DNA of 39,474 nucleotides. Source: a virus. The notes under the pieces are model-generated. The model did not search any database. It saw nothing but the letters and a program-made list of their open reading frames with translations, and had not been told where the DNA came from. The position numbers were made by a program, and so were the translations under genes. Below, piece after piece: positions 1-7,204 of the stretch. How positions within the stretch are numbered: position 1 is the stretch's first letter; every line of letters starts with the position of its first letter. The stretch lies in IMG/VR virus record IMGVR_UViG_3300045988_140196, one strand, 5' to 3'.

Positions 1-99
1 AATTTTTGCCGAATAAATTATGTGCAAAAGGTGCGACTTTAGATATAAAAAAGTAATTTTGAATAACATGAAATAAGTATAAAATGACCAGCCCAACCA
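1..99. repeat. Left copy of 99-bp direct terminal repeat (att core duplication or circular-assembly overlap)
   Basis: Bases 1-99 read identically to 39376-39474 by direct comparison. Confidence 0.95.
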
Positions 100-103
100 G
101 AAT

Positions 104-152
104 AAAAAGATACGTTTTGCTTGAAATATAAGCGTTTTACGTATCTTTTTTT
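104..152. terminator. Bidirectional rho-independent terminator downstream of integrase
   Basis: AAAAAGATACG (104-114) pairs with CGTATCTTTTT (140-150). There is an inner GCTT/AAGC stem. The A-run on one side and T-run on the other allow termination in both directions. Confidence 0.55.
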
Positions 153-160
153 ATATAAAT

Positions 161-182
161 TAATGCAGTAGTAATGCAGTAG
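161..182. repeat. Tandem TAATGCAGTAG x2 (candidate integrase arm-type sites)
   Basis: An exact 11-bp tandem duplication lies 5 bp from the integrase stop. The 9-mer ATGCAGTAG recurs at 39344-39352 on the other side of the terminal repeat. Confidence 0.5.
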
Positions 183-186
183 AGTT

Positions 187-1401
187 TTAAGAAATTTTAC
201 TCAATGCATTTTTAACAAAATTAAATGAAGTCTCAATATAAACATTTTCAGTTATAGTGCTTCCCTCGACATGCCCAGCAAGGTATTGAATAACTCTTTG
301 AGGAATGCCTAATTCTGCCCAATATGTTATTGCGTAATGGCGCATTCTATGAGTGGTTAAGTTTTGATCATCATCTTCATCTAATATATGATATTTTGCT
401 TCAAGTCTGTCTAACCACGAGTTTACTTCACTAGGGGTAATGAATCTGTCTTTTTGATAATCCCAAAAAAGTACATTGTGAATATTATTGATACTTTTTA
501 TTTTCTTAGCTTTTTCTTCTTTTATAATATCAGCTATTCTTGAAAAGATAGGGCTATCTAGGGGTAAAAACCTCTGGCCTTCATCTATACCAGTAAGCTT
601 ATTGTAAGTCTTTGTGTGAGTACCCCAAATGACATGATAGTTTTCATCTTGCGTTAAAGTATTCCAAATGTTCAGAGTATTATTTATTTCATCAAAATCA
701 TTTTCAGAACGTGCAAGGGTTTCGCCGATTCTTGAGCCTGCAATAAGATGTAATTTGAGTAAGTTCCTGTATTTATGATTTCTTTCTTCATTATCAAGAA
801 CCTTGTTTAATCTTTCAAACTCTGTTTTAGTTATAGGTTTTACTTTTTTACCTGTGTTATTAGATATTGGCTTTTTTAAACTTGGATCTTCTATTATATT
901 ATATATTAATATTTTTCTTGAAGGCGAACAAGCGATACTGAATGCTTGATGGAGCATTTGCCAAATTTTATCAATCACAGCATTAGAATATTTTTTTATT
1001 TTCTTTTTAGCATCTTCTATATGTTTAATAGTTACTTTCTGGATGGGAAGATAACAAAAGTTATCACATGTTTTTTCTAATTGCTTAAGAGTTGCCAATT
1101 CACGTCCGTAACTTCGTTTACTTGTTATACCATCATCATGTTTTAAATCTATATAATGTTTTGCAAGTGATACAACACTATCTGCACTTTTGCTTATGTA
1201 GGTACCATTGTTTAAGCTGTTCTTTATTTTTGTAACTCTTGCCTTAAAATCCTTAACGCTTTCTTTTTTTCTTTGTTTTATAGTTTTTCTTTTATCATTC
1301 GTATCATAGTATTGATATATCCAGCATTTTAGAGTTTCACTATAATATAAAGTACCTTCACCATTACCAACTTGTTTTGTTTTCTTATTTTTTCTTTCCA
1401 T
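187..1401 (-). CDS. int: Tyrosine site-specific integrase
   Basis: 404 aa. Tyrosine-recombinase signatures are AGSRIGETLA (Arg box), HRMRHYAITYW (H-x-x-R) and LAGH..ENVYIETS (Tyr region). It has an RBS and lies adjacent to the terminal repeat. Confidence 0.9.
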   Translation of the reverse strand: MERKNKKTKQVGNGEGTLYYSETLKCWIYQYYDTNDKRKTIKQRKKESVKDFKARVTKIKNSLNNGTYISKSADSVVSLAKHYIDLKHDDGITSKRSYGRELATLKQLEKTCDNFCYLPIQKVTIKHIEDAKKKIKKYSNAVIDKIWQMLHQAFSIACSPSRKILIYNIIEDPSLKKPISNNTGKKVKPITKTEFERLNKVLDNEERNHKYRNLLKLHLIAGSRIGETLARSENDFDEINNTLNIWNTLTQDENYHVIWGTHTKTYNKLTGIDEGQRFLPLDSPIFSRIADIIKEEKAKKIKSINNIHNVLFWDYQKDRFITPSEVNSWLDRLEAKYHILDEDDDQNLTTHRMRHYAITYWAELGIPQRVIQYLAGHVEGSTITENVYIETSFNFVKNALSKIS

Positions 1402-1508
1402 AATAAAAATCCTCTCTTTCTAATATTTTTAATAAACACTTGAAAGAGAGAAACATTTATATTATAATACAAATGTAGTCACTTTCAGTGTCTATGTGAG
1501 GGAATAAA

Positions 1509-1524
1509 TGTATCAGGTCGTGGT
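1509..1524. repeat. 16-bp element TGTATCAGGTCGTGGT, inverted copy of 3934-3949
   Basis: Its reverse complement ACCACGACCTGATACA is identical to 3934-3949. It lies in the loop of a GGAATAAATGTAT/ATACATCTATTCC hairpin between ImmA and int. Confidence 0.9.
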
Positions 1525-1557
1525 AAACTTTGAATACATCTATTCCTTTTTTATATA

Positions 1558-1971
1558 TTAAACTAATACGCCATATTTTTCGACGTAAAAGTCAATACAA
1601 TCAATCATATATTTTAAATCTACGTTAAAATAATCGGCTAAATCATATAAATTAAAGCCTTGTTTAAGTTTTTCTTTTAATTTTTGTAATGGGACTAAAA
1701 TAGAATAAGCCCATTTCATAGCACGATATTCACATTTTTTCTTTTGTACATCATCTGAATTTAGATAATATAATGCATTACAATAATAATGACCAAGTTC
1801 TTCAGCTAGAATTTCTTTTTCTTCAATAGCAGTATCTATTTGGTTGGTGTCTAAAGCAATATAATACTTATTATCAATTTCAAATATCTTAGCCTTAGAA
1901 CTATTCCATTTGTAGTTTAAAACGTCTATTTTTTCATTCTCAGCGATTTTATACATATCTAAAACGTTCAT
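1558..1971 (-). CDS. ImmA/IrrE-like (DUF955-type) putative metallopeptidase, anti-repressor protease
   Basis: 137 aa. AEELGHYYCNALY resembles the ImmA H-E-x-x-H region, but the first His is absent. Its position between repressor and integrase matches immR-immA-int modules. GGAGG RBS. Confidence 0.5.
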   Translation of the reverse strand: MNVLDMYKIAENEKIDVLNYKWNSSKAKIFEIDNKYYIALDTNQIDTAIEEKEILAEELGHYYCNALYYLNSDDVQKKKCEYRAMKWAYSILVPLQKLKEKLKQGFNLYDLADYFNVDLKYMIDCIDFYVEKYGVLV

Positions 1972-2082
1972 TTATTCCTCCATATAAGATATATTGCAAA
2001 TATGTTACAAAAATATTTAATTTTTACAACAATTGCCAAGTTTTTATTGTAATATTAATAAAAATAGTGTATACTATATACA

Positions 2083-2184
2083 GTAAGAGTTAACTTGAGA
2101 AGGATAAGGCTGGGTTCCCGAATGGGAGTAGATGTATATTTATACATTTAGAATCCTTTGCCCCTGGGGTTAGCTCACTTTTTT
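2083..2184 (+). ncRNA. Candidate structured small RNA convergent with the DUF3644-like gene
   Basis: Promoter-like TTGTAA (2047-2052), 17-nt spacer, TATACT (2070-2075). The closing helix GAGTTAAC (2087-2094) / GTTAGCTC (2169-2176) is followed by T6 (2179-2184). Inner helices are AAGGAT/ATCCTT and ATGTATA/TATACAT. The patch is locally GC-rich and has no convincing ORF. Confidence 0.2.
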
Positions 2185-3152
2185 ATTTCTAATTTAATAT
2201 GCTCTATCAATTGCGGATTTTCTAAAAGTAAACTTGTTACAAAATCTATTAATTTTTGAGAACACATATATCTTTTTGAGAGATTGTGATAATAGAAATA
2301 GTCTTCATTATCTTTTAAATTATATTTATCACAGATTAAATTGAAATTACGCTGATGCAGGTTTATTTCAATATCTTTTCTTTTTAAATTATTCATAATT
2401 AATTCTCTTGCACTTTTTTGAGAGTAGGGGTAAGTAGTATTTATATCTTTAATTTTATCCACAAAATATACTGAATCTTCTGCGTCTTTTGATACCGAAA
2501 AAGTTAATTGCGCATCTTTAGCATTTTTTACTACTTTTAAATTTAAATTAACATTTATGGCCAATTTATTATTTTTTTCGTTTTCTAATAATGATGTTGT
2601 CTCATTCTTTACTTTTTTATACCTATTAAATATTTCATTTCCGTATTTACTTAATATTTCGGTATCATTCAAATTGGTATTATTTGTTGCCAAAGACAGA
2701 AAAGAAGTATCCATATTCTTTGTAATATCAATATTAAAGAAATCAAACAATTTTTGAGAATAATTTAATGTGTTTGCTTGTAAAAAGGGAAGATATATAG
2801 TTTCCATCTCTTTAATAATGAAATGTGTAGAAGTATTCCTTAAATCTACAATTATTTCTAAATTTTTTCTTGTTGGATCTTTTTCATTTGTGAAAACTTT
2901 TTTTATACAATCAGTTAACGCAATAGTTCTTTCTGGTTTATCTTTGTAATAAATAGATTGCATTCCACTATTCTTTATTATATATGCTTTCAAAAGTAAT
3001 TCCCAAGCATTACATACAAAGAAAGCAAAACCCTCTAATCTATACTTTATAGTTGGCTTGTTATAGACTTCTATTGCAAGTAAAAAAGCTTCTTGTGATT
3101 TTTCAAGCATCTTTTTTATTAGTTCATCTGCTATTTCAACATTTTCCTCCAT
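2175..3152 (-). CDS. DUF3644-like protein, lysogeny-expressed accessory gene
   Basis: 325 aa. The N-terminus AIEVYNKPTIKYRLEGFAFFVCNAWELLLKA ... DLRNTSTHF matches my recollection of the DUF3644 signature. Its start codon directly abuts the repressor stop, which suggests translational coupling. Confidence 0.55.
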   Translation of the reverse strand: MEENVEIADELIKKMLEKSQEAFLLAIEVYNKPTIKYRLEGFAFFVCNAWELLLKAYIIKNSGMQSIYYKDKPERTIALTDCIKKVFTNEKDPTRKNLEIIVDLRNTSTHFIIKEMETIYLPFLQANTLNYSQKLFDFFNIDITKNMDTSFLSLATNNTNLNDTEILSKYGNEIFNRYKKVKNETTSLLENEKNNKLAINVNLNLKVVKNAKDAQLTFSVSKDAEDSVYFVDKIKDINTTYPYSQKSARELIMNNLKRKDIEINLHQRNFNLICDKYNLKDNEDYFYYHNLSKRYMCSQKLIDFVTSLLLENPQLIEHIKLEIKK

Positions 3153-3518
3153 CTATTTTCCCTCATTTTTCTTTTTATTTCTAATAAACTCAACGAATCT
3201 ATTTATTTCTTCGATTTCGTCCTTATTAAGCCCTTCTGTATTAATACCATTGTGATTTGCATAACGAAAATCATCTTTTTGGACGGGAGGGGTATTTTTT
3301 TCCATTGGAACATCATATCCCAGAAGCCAAACTTCATTAACGTCTAATGCATCAGCCAATAGTGTGAGTTTCTTTTGCCTAGCAACAGCATTGTTTGAAA
3401 GATATTTACTTAATAAGCTTTCACTAATTCCTGTTTTTTCGTGTAATTCAACAGGTTTCATATTTCTTATCGTCAATGCTTTTTCTAATCTTTTTTGAAA
3501 TGTATCTACTGTTTTCAT
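3153..3518 (-). CDS. CI-type XRE-family HTH repressor
   Basis: HTH segment MKPVELHEKTGISESLLSKYLSNNAVARQKKLTLLADALDVNEVWLLGYD. The preferred start is the MKTVDTF Met at 3518, preceded by GGAGG. The track ORF extends to 3536. Confidence 0.85.
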   Translation of the reverse strand: MKTVDTFQKRLEKALTIRNMKPVELHEKTGISESLLSKYLSNNAVARQKKLTLLADALDVNEVWLLGYDVPMEKNTPPVQKDDFRYANHNGINTEGLNKDEIEEINRFVEFIRNKKKNEGK

Positions 3519-3536
3519 ATTTTCCTCCATACACAT

Positions 3537-3565
3537 ATTATAAAGAAAAGTTTAATAAAAATCAA
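3537..3565 (-). promoter_or_regulatory. Leftward (repressor) promoter
   Basis: On the minus strand, -35 TTGATT (3565-3560), 17-nt spacer, -10 TATAAT (3542-3537). Confidence 0.5.
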
Positions 3566-3591
3566 GTTATTTTAAAAAAACATAAAAAAAA

Positions 3592-3608
3592 CTTGAAAAA
3601 AATTCAAA
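3592..3608. promoter_or_regulatory. Operator-like site O1 (CTTGAAAAAAATTCAAA)
   Basis: Matches the O2 17-mer at 14 of 17 positions. Inverted TTGAA/TTCAA half-sites. Lies between the divergent promoters. Confidence 0.55.
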
Positions 3609-3615
3609 AATAGTA

Positions 3616-3644
3616 TTGACAAAAGTTTTAACATAGTATAAGAT
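3616..3644 (+). promoter_or_regulatory. Rightward early (cro) promoter
   Basis: -35 TTGACA (3616-3621). -10 within TATAAGAT (3637-3644); TAAGAT sits at a 17-nt spacing. Confidence 0.6.
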
Positions 3645-3652
3645 ATAGAAAA

Positions 3653-3669
3653 CTTGAATTAAATTCAAG
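3653..3669. promoter_or_regulatory. Operator-like site O2 (CTTGAATTAAATTCAAG)
   Basis: Perfect 7-bp inverted repeat CTTGAAT-TAA-ATTCAAG immediately downstream of the rightward -10. Confidence 0.6.
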
Positions 3670-3691
3670 AAAAGAAAAGAGGTGTTACAAT

Positions 3692-3934
3692 TTGATACAA
3701 TATGACTTTAGTAAAGTAAGAGGTAGAATAAAAGAGAAATTAGGGAGTGAAGCAAAGTTTGCAGAAAAGCTCGAAATATCTTCAGCTGCTTTAAGTTCAA
3801 AGTTTAATAATCGCAGTGATTTTACGGCAACGGAAATATCAAGAGCAACTGATGAAGATGTATTAGATATTCCAATGAAAGAAATAGGAGTATATTTTTT
3901 TACTCGACAACTTGAATTAAATTCAACAAAATAA
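3692..3934 (+). CDS. Cro-like / XRE-type small HTH regulator (TTG start)
   Basis: 80 aa. GSEAKFAEKLEISSAALSSKFNN is HTH-like. RBS AAGAGGTG lies 8 nt upstream of the TTG start. The gene is divergent from the repressor. Confidence 0.7.
   Translation: MIQYDFSKVRGRIKEKLGSEAKFAEKLEISSAALSSKFNNRSDFTATEISRATDEDVLDIPMKEIGVYFFTRQLELNSTK
3911..3927. promoter_or_regulatory. Operator-like site O3 (CTTGAATTAAATTCAAC)
   Basis: Identical to O2 at 16 of 17 positions. Located inside the 3' end of the cro-like gene. Confidence 0.5.
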
Positions 3935-3949
3935 CCACGACCTGATACA
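3934..3949. repeat. 16-bp element ACCACGACCTGATACA, inverted copy of 1509-1524
   Basis: Exact 16-mer match to the reverse complement of 1509-1524. Confidence 0.9.
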
Positions 3950-3962
3950 GAAAGGAGAGAGT

Positions 3963-4178
3963 ATGGAGAAAATAACTGAGGAAGAAGCAAAAAAAGTTAT
4001 TGAGAACGACAAGGAAAAAATGCAAAAGATAATAGATGAAGGTGGAAAAATAACAAAGACAATAATAGAAGATAAAAACAAAATAACCACAATAATAAAA
4101 ATAGAACCAGTAAATTGTGAGGCTACTAGTTCTACAATAATTCAAAATAAAGATAATATTACAGTTAGTTGTCTTTAA
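3963..4178 (+). CDS. Hypothetical early protein (Lys/Glu/Ile-rich)
   Basis: 71 aa. Strong RBS GAAAGGAGAGAG. Confidence 0.55.
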   Translation: MEKITEEEAKKVIENDKEKMQKIIDEGGKITKTIIEDKNKITTIIKIEPVNCEATSSTIIQNKDNITVSCL

Positions 4179-4416
4179 TATAATAAAATCCATCAGAATT
4201 TTTTATAAGTTCCTTGTTGGTAGTAATGATAATTTTATCTGCAAGTTGAGTCATTTTTATTTCAAATCCGTCTGGATATAAAGAATGATTAATAATAATT
4301 TCTCCGTTAGATTTTATATCTTTGATTATATCGTCAAATGTGTGATTTCCAGGAGTCTTTATATTAAATGATTCACCTTGATTTACAGAATAATTATATA
4401 CCAATATAATCACCAC
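4165..4416 (-). CDS. Hypothetical protein, lone minus-strand gene inside the early region
   Basis: 83 aa. RBS-like AAAGGTGGTG at the 5' end; the true start may be the TTG at 4404. Its 3' end converges on and overlaps the 3963-4178 gene. Confidence 0.45.
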   Translation of the reverse strand: MVIILVYNYSVNQGESFNIKTPGNHTFDDIIKDIKSNGEIIINHSLYPDGFEIKMTQLADKIIITTNKELIKNSDGFYYIKDN

Positions 4417-4477
4417 CTTTCCAAGATGATTATATAACGAAATAAGTCAAAAAACAAGAAAGAAAGGAGGGAGAAAA

Positions 4478-4717
4478 ATGCCAGAGCAATTATTAGAAAT
4501 ATTGCAAAACATTAATCAAAATTTGGAAGATATAAAAAAAGAAAAAGACTTACCCAAATTAATTTATGCGAAAGAAATAGCTGAAACTTACAATGTAAAC
4601 CGAAATAAAGCAACAGATTTTTGCAAGAAATATGGAACAAATTTTGGAGGTTATTGTATAGAAAATGAAAAGTTTAAGCAAATATTGCAAAATGGAGGGA
4701 TAGACCTCTTTGATTAA
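4478..4717 (+). CDS. Hypothetical small DNA-binding-like protein (possible Xis/HTH)
   Basis: 79 aa. RBS GAAAGGAGGGAG. YAKEIAETYNVNRNKATDFCKKYG looks HTH-like. The functional call is weak. Confidence 0.5.
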   Translation: MPEQLLEILQNINQNLEDIKKEKDLPKLIYAKEIAETYNVNRNKATDFCKKYGTNFGGYCIENEKFKQILQNGGIDLFD

Positions 4718-4741
4718 ATATAGAGAAAGGAGATAAGAAGT

Positions 4742-4903
4742 ATGTATAGTTTATTTGAAATAGCATTTTTTATATTATATTTTGCAACAAAAATAACAAA
4801 GTTTATAGCAATATTGTTATTACTTCAAATAGCGGTATATAGACTAAGCGGATTTAGTATATATAAATTTGCAATGAAAAAAGCAAACAAATTATTAAAC
4901 TAA
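4742..4903 (+). CDS. Small hydrophobic protein (53 aa, below the track threshold)
   Basis: Hand-translated as MYSLFEIAFFILYFATKITKFIAILLLLQIAVYRLSGFSIYKFAMKKANKLLN. RBS AAAGGAGA upstream. Confidence 0.45.
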   Translation: MYSLFEIAFFILYFATKITKFIAILLLLQIAVYRLSGFSIYKFAMKKANKLLN

Positions 4904-5005
4904 GGAGGAAGAGTATGGACAAGCTAGACAAATGTTACGTGTGGCATGTGGTAACAATGGCAAAGCTAAAATTAAGACTAAAAGAATTGAAAGGAGTGAA
5001 ATAGT

Positions 5006-5260
5006 ATGGCAGAAAAGAATACAGACGAGGCTCAAACAATACGAGAGCTAACAAGAGTAATTGATAGAAAAGAAATAGAAATTCAAGATGTAAAAACAAG
5101 CCTTGCAGGAGTATTGCAAGAAATAAGAAATCTAAATGAAAGCAATTTAGATAGAGAAGTTATAAAGAAGAGAATATCTGAAATGGCTACAAATACAATA
5201 TATGAGCTATTGATAGACGAAAAAAATGAGTCAGTTTGCGACTACCAATCAAAAAACTAA
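5006..5260 (+). CDS. Hypothetical protein
   Basis: 84 aa. RBS GAAAGGAGTG. Confidence 0.55.
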   Translation: MAEKNTDEAQTIRELTRVIDRKEIEIQDVKTSLAGVLQEIRNLNESNLDREVIKKRISEMATNTIYELLIDEKNESVCDYQSKN

Positions 5261-5326
5261 CTCAATTGAATTACATAAATATGAACTCTTGTACTAATTA
5301 TAGCACAAGATAGAAAGGAAAGTCAA

Positions 5327-5560
5327 ATGGGAAAAGCGGTAGGAATTACAAGAAGGCTAGATGAATTAGGAAGAATTGTTATTCCAATGGAAATACGAAA
5401 AAATTTAAACATAGAGATTAGAGAACCTCTTGAGATATTACAAGTAGGGGACAAAATTGAAATTTCTAAAAGAAAGGACATCAGAGTTTGTTACAACTGT
5501 GGAAAAACACTAGAAGAAACTTATAAATATTGTCCACATTGTGGAAAGGAACAGATATGA
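5327..5560 (+). CDS. AbrB/SpoVT-type DNA-binding domain fused to a C-terminal zinc ribbon
   Basis: The N-terminus GITRRLDELGRIVIPMEIRKNL is the classic SpoVT-AbrB swapped-hairpin motif. The C-terminus is CYNCG...CPHCG. Confidence 0.75.
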   Translation: MGKAVGITRRLDELGRIVIPMEIRKNLNIEIREPLEILQVGDKIEISKRKDIRVCYNCGKTLEETYKYCPHCGKEQI

Positions 5561-5691
5561 TACGAATAGTAAATGGCTATATTATAGAAACGACGGATTC
5601 AGAAGATAGACAAGCAAGATACGAACATGAGCTTGAAGAAGCAGACAGAGATTATGAAGATAGAGTTTTTGATGAAATGGAGGGTATGTAA
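5557..5691 (+). CDS. Small acidic protein (44 aa)
   Basis: Hand-translated as MIRIVNGYIIETTDSEDRQARYEHELEEADRDYEDRVFDEMEGM. Overlapping stop-start junctions at both ends (ATGA upstream, TAATG downstream). Confidence 0.4.
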   Translation: MIRIVNGYIIETTDSEDRQARYEHELEEADRDYEDRVFDEMEGM

Positions 5692-6179
5692 TGAATAATT
5701 TATATGAATTAAGCAATGGTTATGAAGAAGTAATAAACATGCTGTATCAAGATGATATAGATGAACAAATGATATTTGACACATTAGAGAGTATTGAGGG
5801 CGACATGGATGACAAGATAGAGAATGTTGCAAAGATAATTAGAGAGGTAGAAGCAAAATCAAATGCTCACAAAGAAGAGGGACAGAAGCAAATTAATAGG
5901 TCAAAGGTATTAGACAATAGAGTAAAAACATTGAAAACAAGTATTTATAATGCGATGAAAACAATGGGAAAGTCAAAGCTCTCAACTAATTTATTTGATT
6001 TTAGTATAGCAAAGAATGGCGGAAAGCAAGCATTAACAATAGATAGTGAAGTACCCGCTGAATACACAAAAACAGTAGTAGAAAATGACACAGACAAAAT
6101 AAGACAAGCATTAGAAGAAGGCAAGAAATTACCTTTTGCTCATTTGGAGCCAAGAGGAGAAAGGTTGAGTATTAAATGA
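5691..6179 (+). CDS. Siphovirus Gp157-like protein
   Basis: 162 aa. The N-terminal pattern LYELSNGYEEVINML..DTLESIEGDMDDKIENVAKIIRE is typical of the Gp157 family, and the gene sits directly upstream of Erf. Confidence 0.65.
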   Translation: MNNLYELSNGYEEVINMLYQDDIDEQMIFDTLESIEGDMDDKIENVAKIIREVEAKSNAHKEEGQKQINRSKVLDNRVKTLKTSIYNAMKTMGKSKLSTNLFDFSIAKNGGKQALTIDSEVPAEYTKTVVENDTDKIRQALEEGKKLPFAHLEPRGERLSIK

Positions 6180-6805
6180 TGAATATATATCAAAGTATAA
6201 CGAAAATTATGGAAGAGGTTCCGAGTATAGGAAAAACTCAAAGAAATAAAACTCAAGGCTTTATGTATAGAGGAATAGATGATGTTATGAATGCATTACA
6301 ACCACTATTAGCCAAGAATAAAGTTTTTATAGTACCAGAGATATTAGAGCAAACGAGAGAAGAAAGAACAACTTCTAAAGGTGGAAATTTAATCTACTCA
6401 ATATGCAAAATAAAATATAAATTTTATGCAGAAGATGGAAGTAGTGTTGAGGCAATCACGATTGGAGAAGGAATGGATAGTGGAGATAAAGCAACAAACA
6501 AGGCAATGGCAATTGCAATGAAATATGCACTATTTCAAGTATTCTGTATTCCAACAGATGAAATGAAGGATCCAGACAGTGAAACGCCAGAACAATCAAC
6601 AAAGAAAAGTAGTGTTACAGACAACAAAATCAGTGAAGCAGATGCAAAAAAAGTAGAAGCAATGATGAAGGAAATGGGCTGGAATGTTGAAGAGTTGCTA
6701 CAAAAGAATTATAAAATCTCAAAAACAACAGATCTAACAGCAAGTCAATACGTAAAAATATTAGAAGCAATAAAAAAAGCAAAGGAGGCAAAACAACATG
6801 AATAA
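6176..6805 (+). CDS. erf: Erf-family single-strand annealing protein
   Basis: 209 aa. GFMYRGIDDVMNALQPLL and GDKATNKAMAIAMKYALFQVFCIPT match ERF-family hallmarks. Confidence 0.8.
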   Translation: MMNIYQSITKIMEEVPSIGKTQRNKTQGFMYRGIDDVMNALQPLLAKNKVFIVPEILEQTREERTTSKGGNLIYSICKIKYKFYAEDGSSVEAITIGEGMDSGDKATNKAMAIAMKYALFQVFCIPTDEMKDPDSETPEQSTKKSSVTDNKISEADAKKVEAMMKEMGWNVEELLQKNYKISKTTDLTASQYVKILEAIKKAKEAKQHE

Positions 6806-7190
6806 GGTAATTTTATTAGGGAGACTAACTAAAGATCCAGAAACAAGATATACACAAAGTACAAACACACAAGTAACAAGTTTCACACTTGCAGTAAATA
6901 GAAGATTTGTTAAGCAAGGAGAAGAAAGACAAGCTGATTTTATAAACTGCGTTGCATGGAATAAGACAGCAGAATTTGTAAGTAAATACTTTAGGAAAGG
7001 TCAACAAGTTGGAGTAATAGGAAGAATACAAACACGAAACTATGATGATGACAAAGGCATAAAGCACTATGTAACAGAGGTAATAGCAGAAGAAACATAT
7101 TTTGCTGGGGACAAAAAAGATGCAACACAAAACGAGGTACAAGCTACAGACGATTTTGAGATAACTAATCAAGATGATTTACCATTTTAA
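6798..7190 (+). CDS. ssb: Single-stranded DNA-binding protein
   Basis: 130 aa. OB-fold start MNKVILLGRLTKDPETRYT, then ADFINCVAWNKTAEFVSKYFRKG, with the acidic C-terminal tail DDLPF. Confidence 0.92.
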   Translation: MNKVILLGRLTKDPETRYTQSTNTQVTSFTLAVNRRFVKQGEERQADFINCVAWNKTAEFVSKYFRKGQQVGVIGRIQTRNYDDDKGIKHYVTEVIAEETYFAGDKKDATQNEVQATDDFEITNQDDLPF

Positions 7191-7204
7191 TTTGGAGGCA
7201 GATT

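Noticed and set aside
1-99. The 99-bp repeat, considered as a genuine packaging terminal redundancy of the virion DNA.
   Set aside because: This cannot be decided from sequence alone. The presence of an integrase next to the junction, and arm-like repeats on both inner flanks, makes an att-type or circular junction more plausible.
2557-2757. Plus-strand 66-aa ORF inside the DUF3644-like gene.
   Set aside because: It is antisense to a gene with a recognisable domain signature, has no RBS and translates to a hydrophobic low-complexity sequence.
3685-4193. Minus-strand ORFs 3685-3990 and 3900-4193, opposite cro and the next early gene.
   Set aside because: They are antisense to RBS-supported plus-strand genes, and their composition is low-complexity.
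4915-5004. 29-codon ORF (MDKLDKCYVWHVVTMAKLKLRLKELKGVK) behind an AAGGAGG.
   Set aside because: The RBS is good, but the ORF is too short to call without comparative or proteomic support, so I left it out of the feature list.
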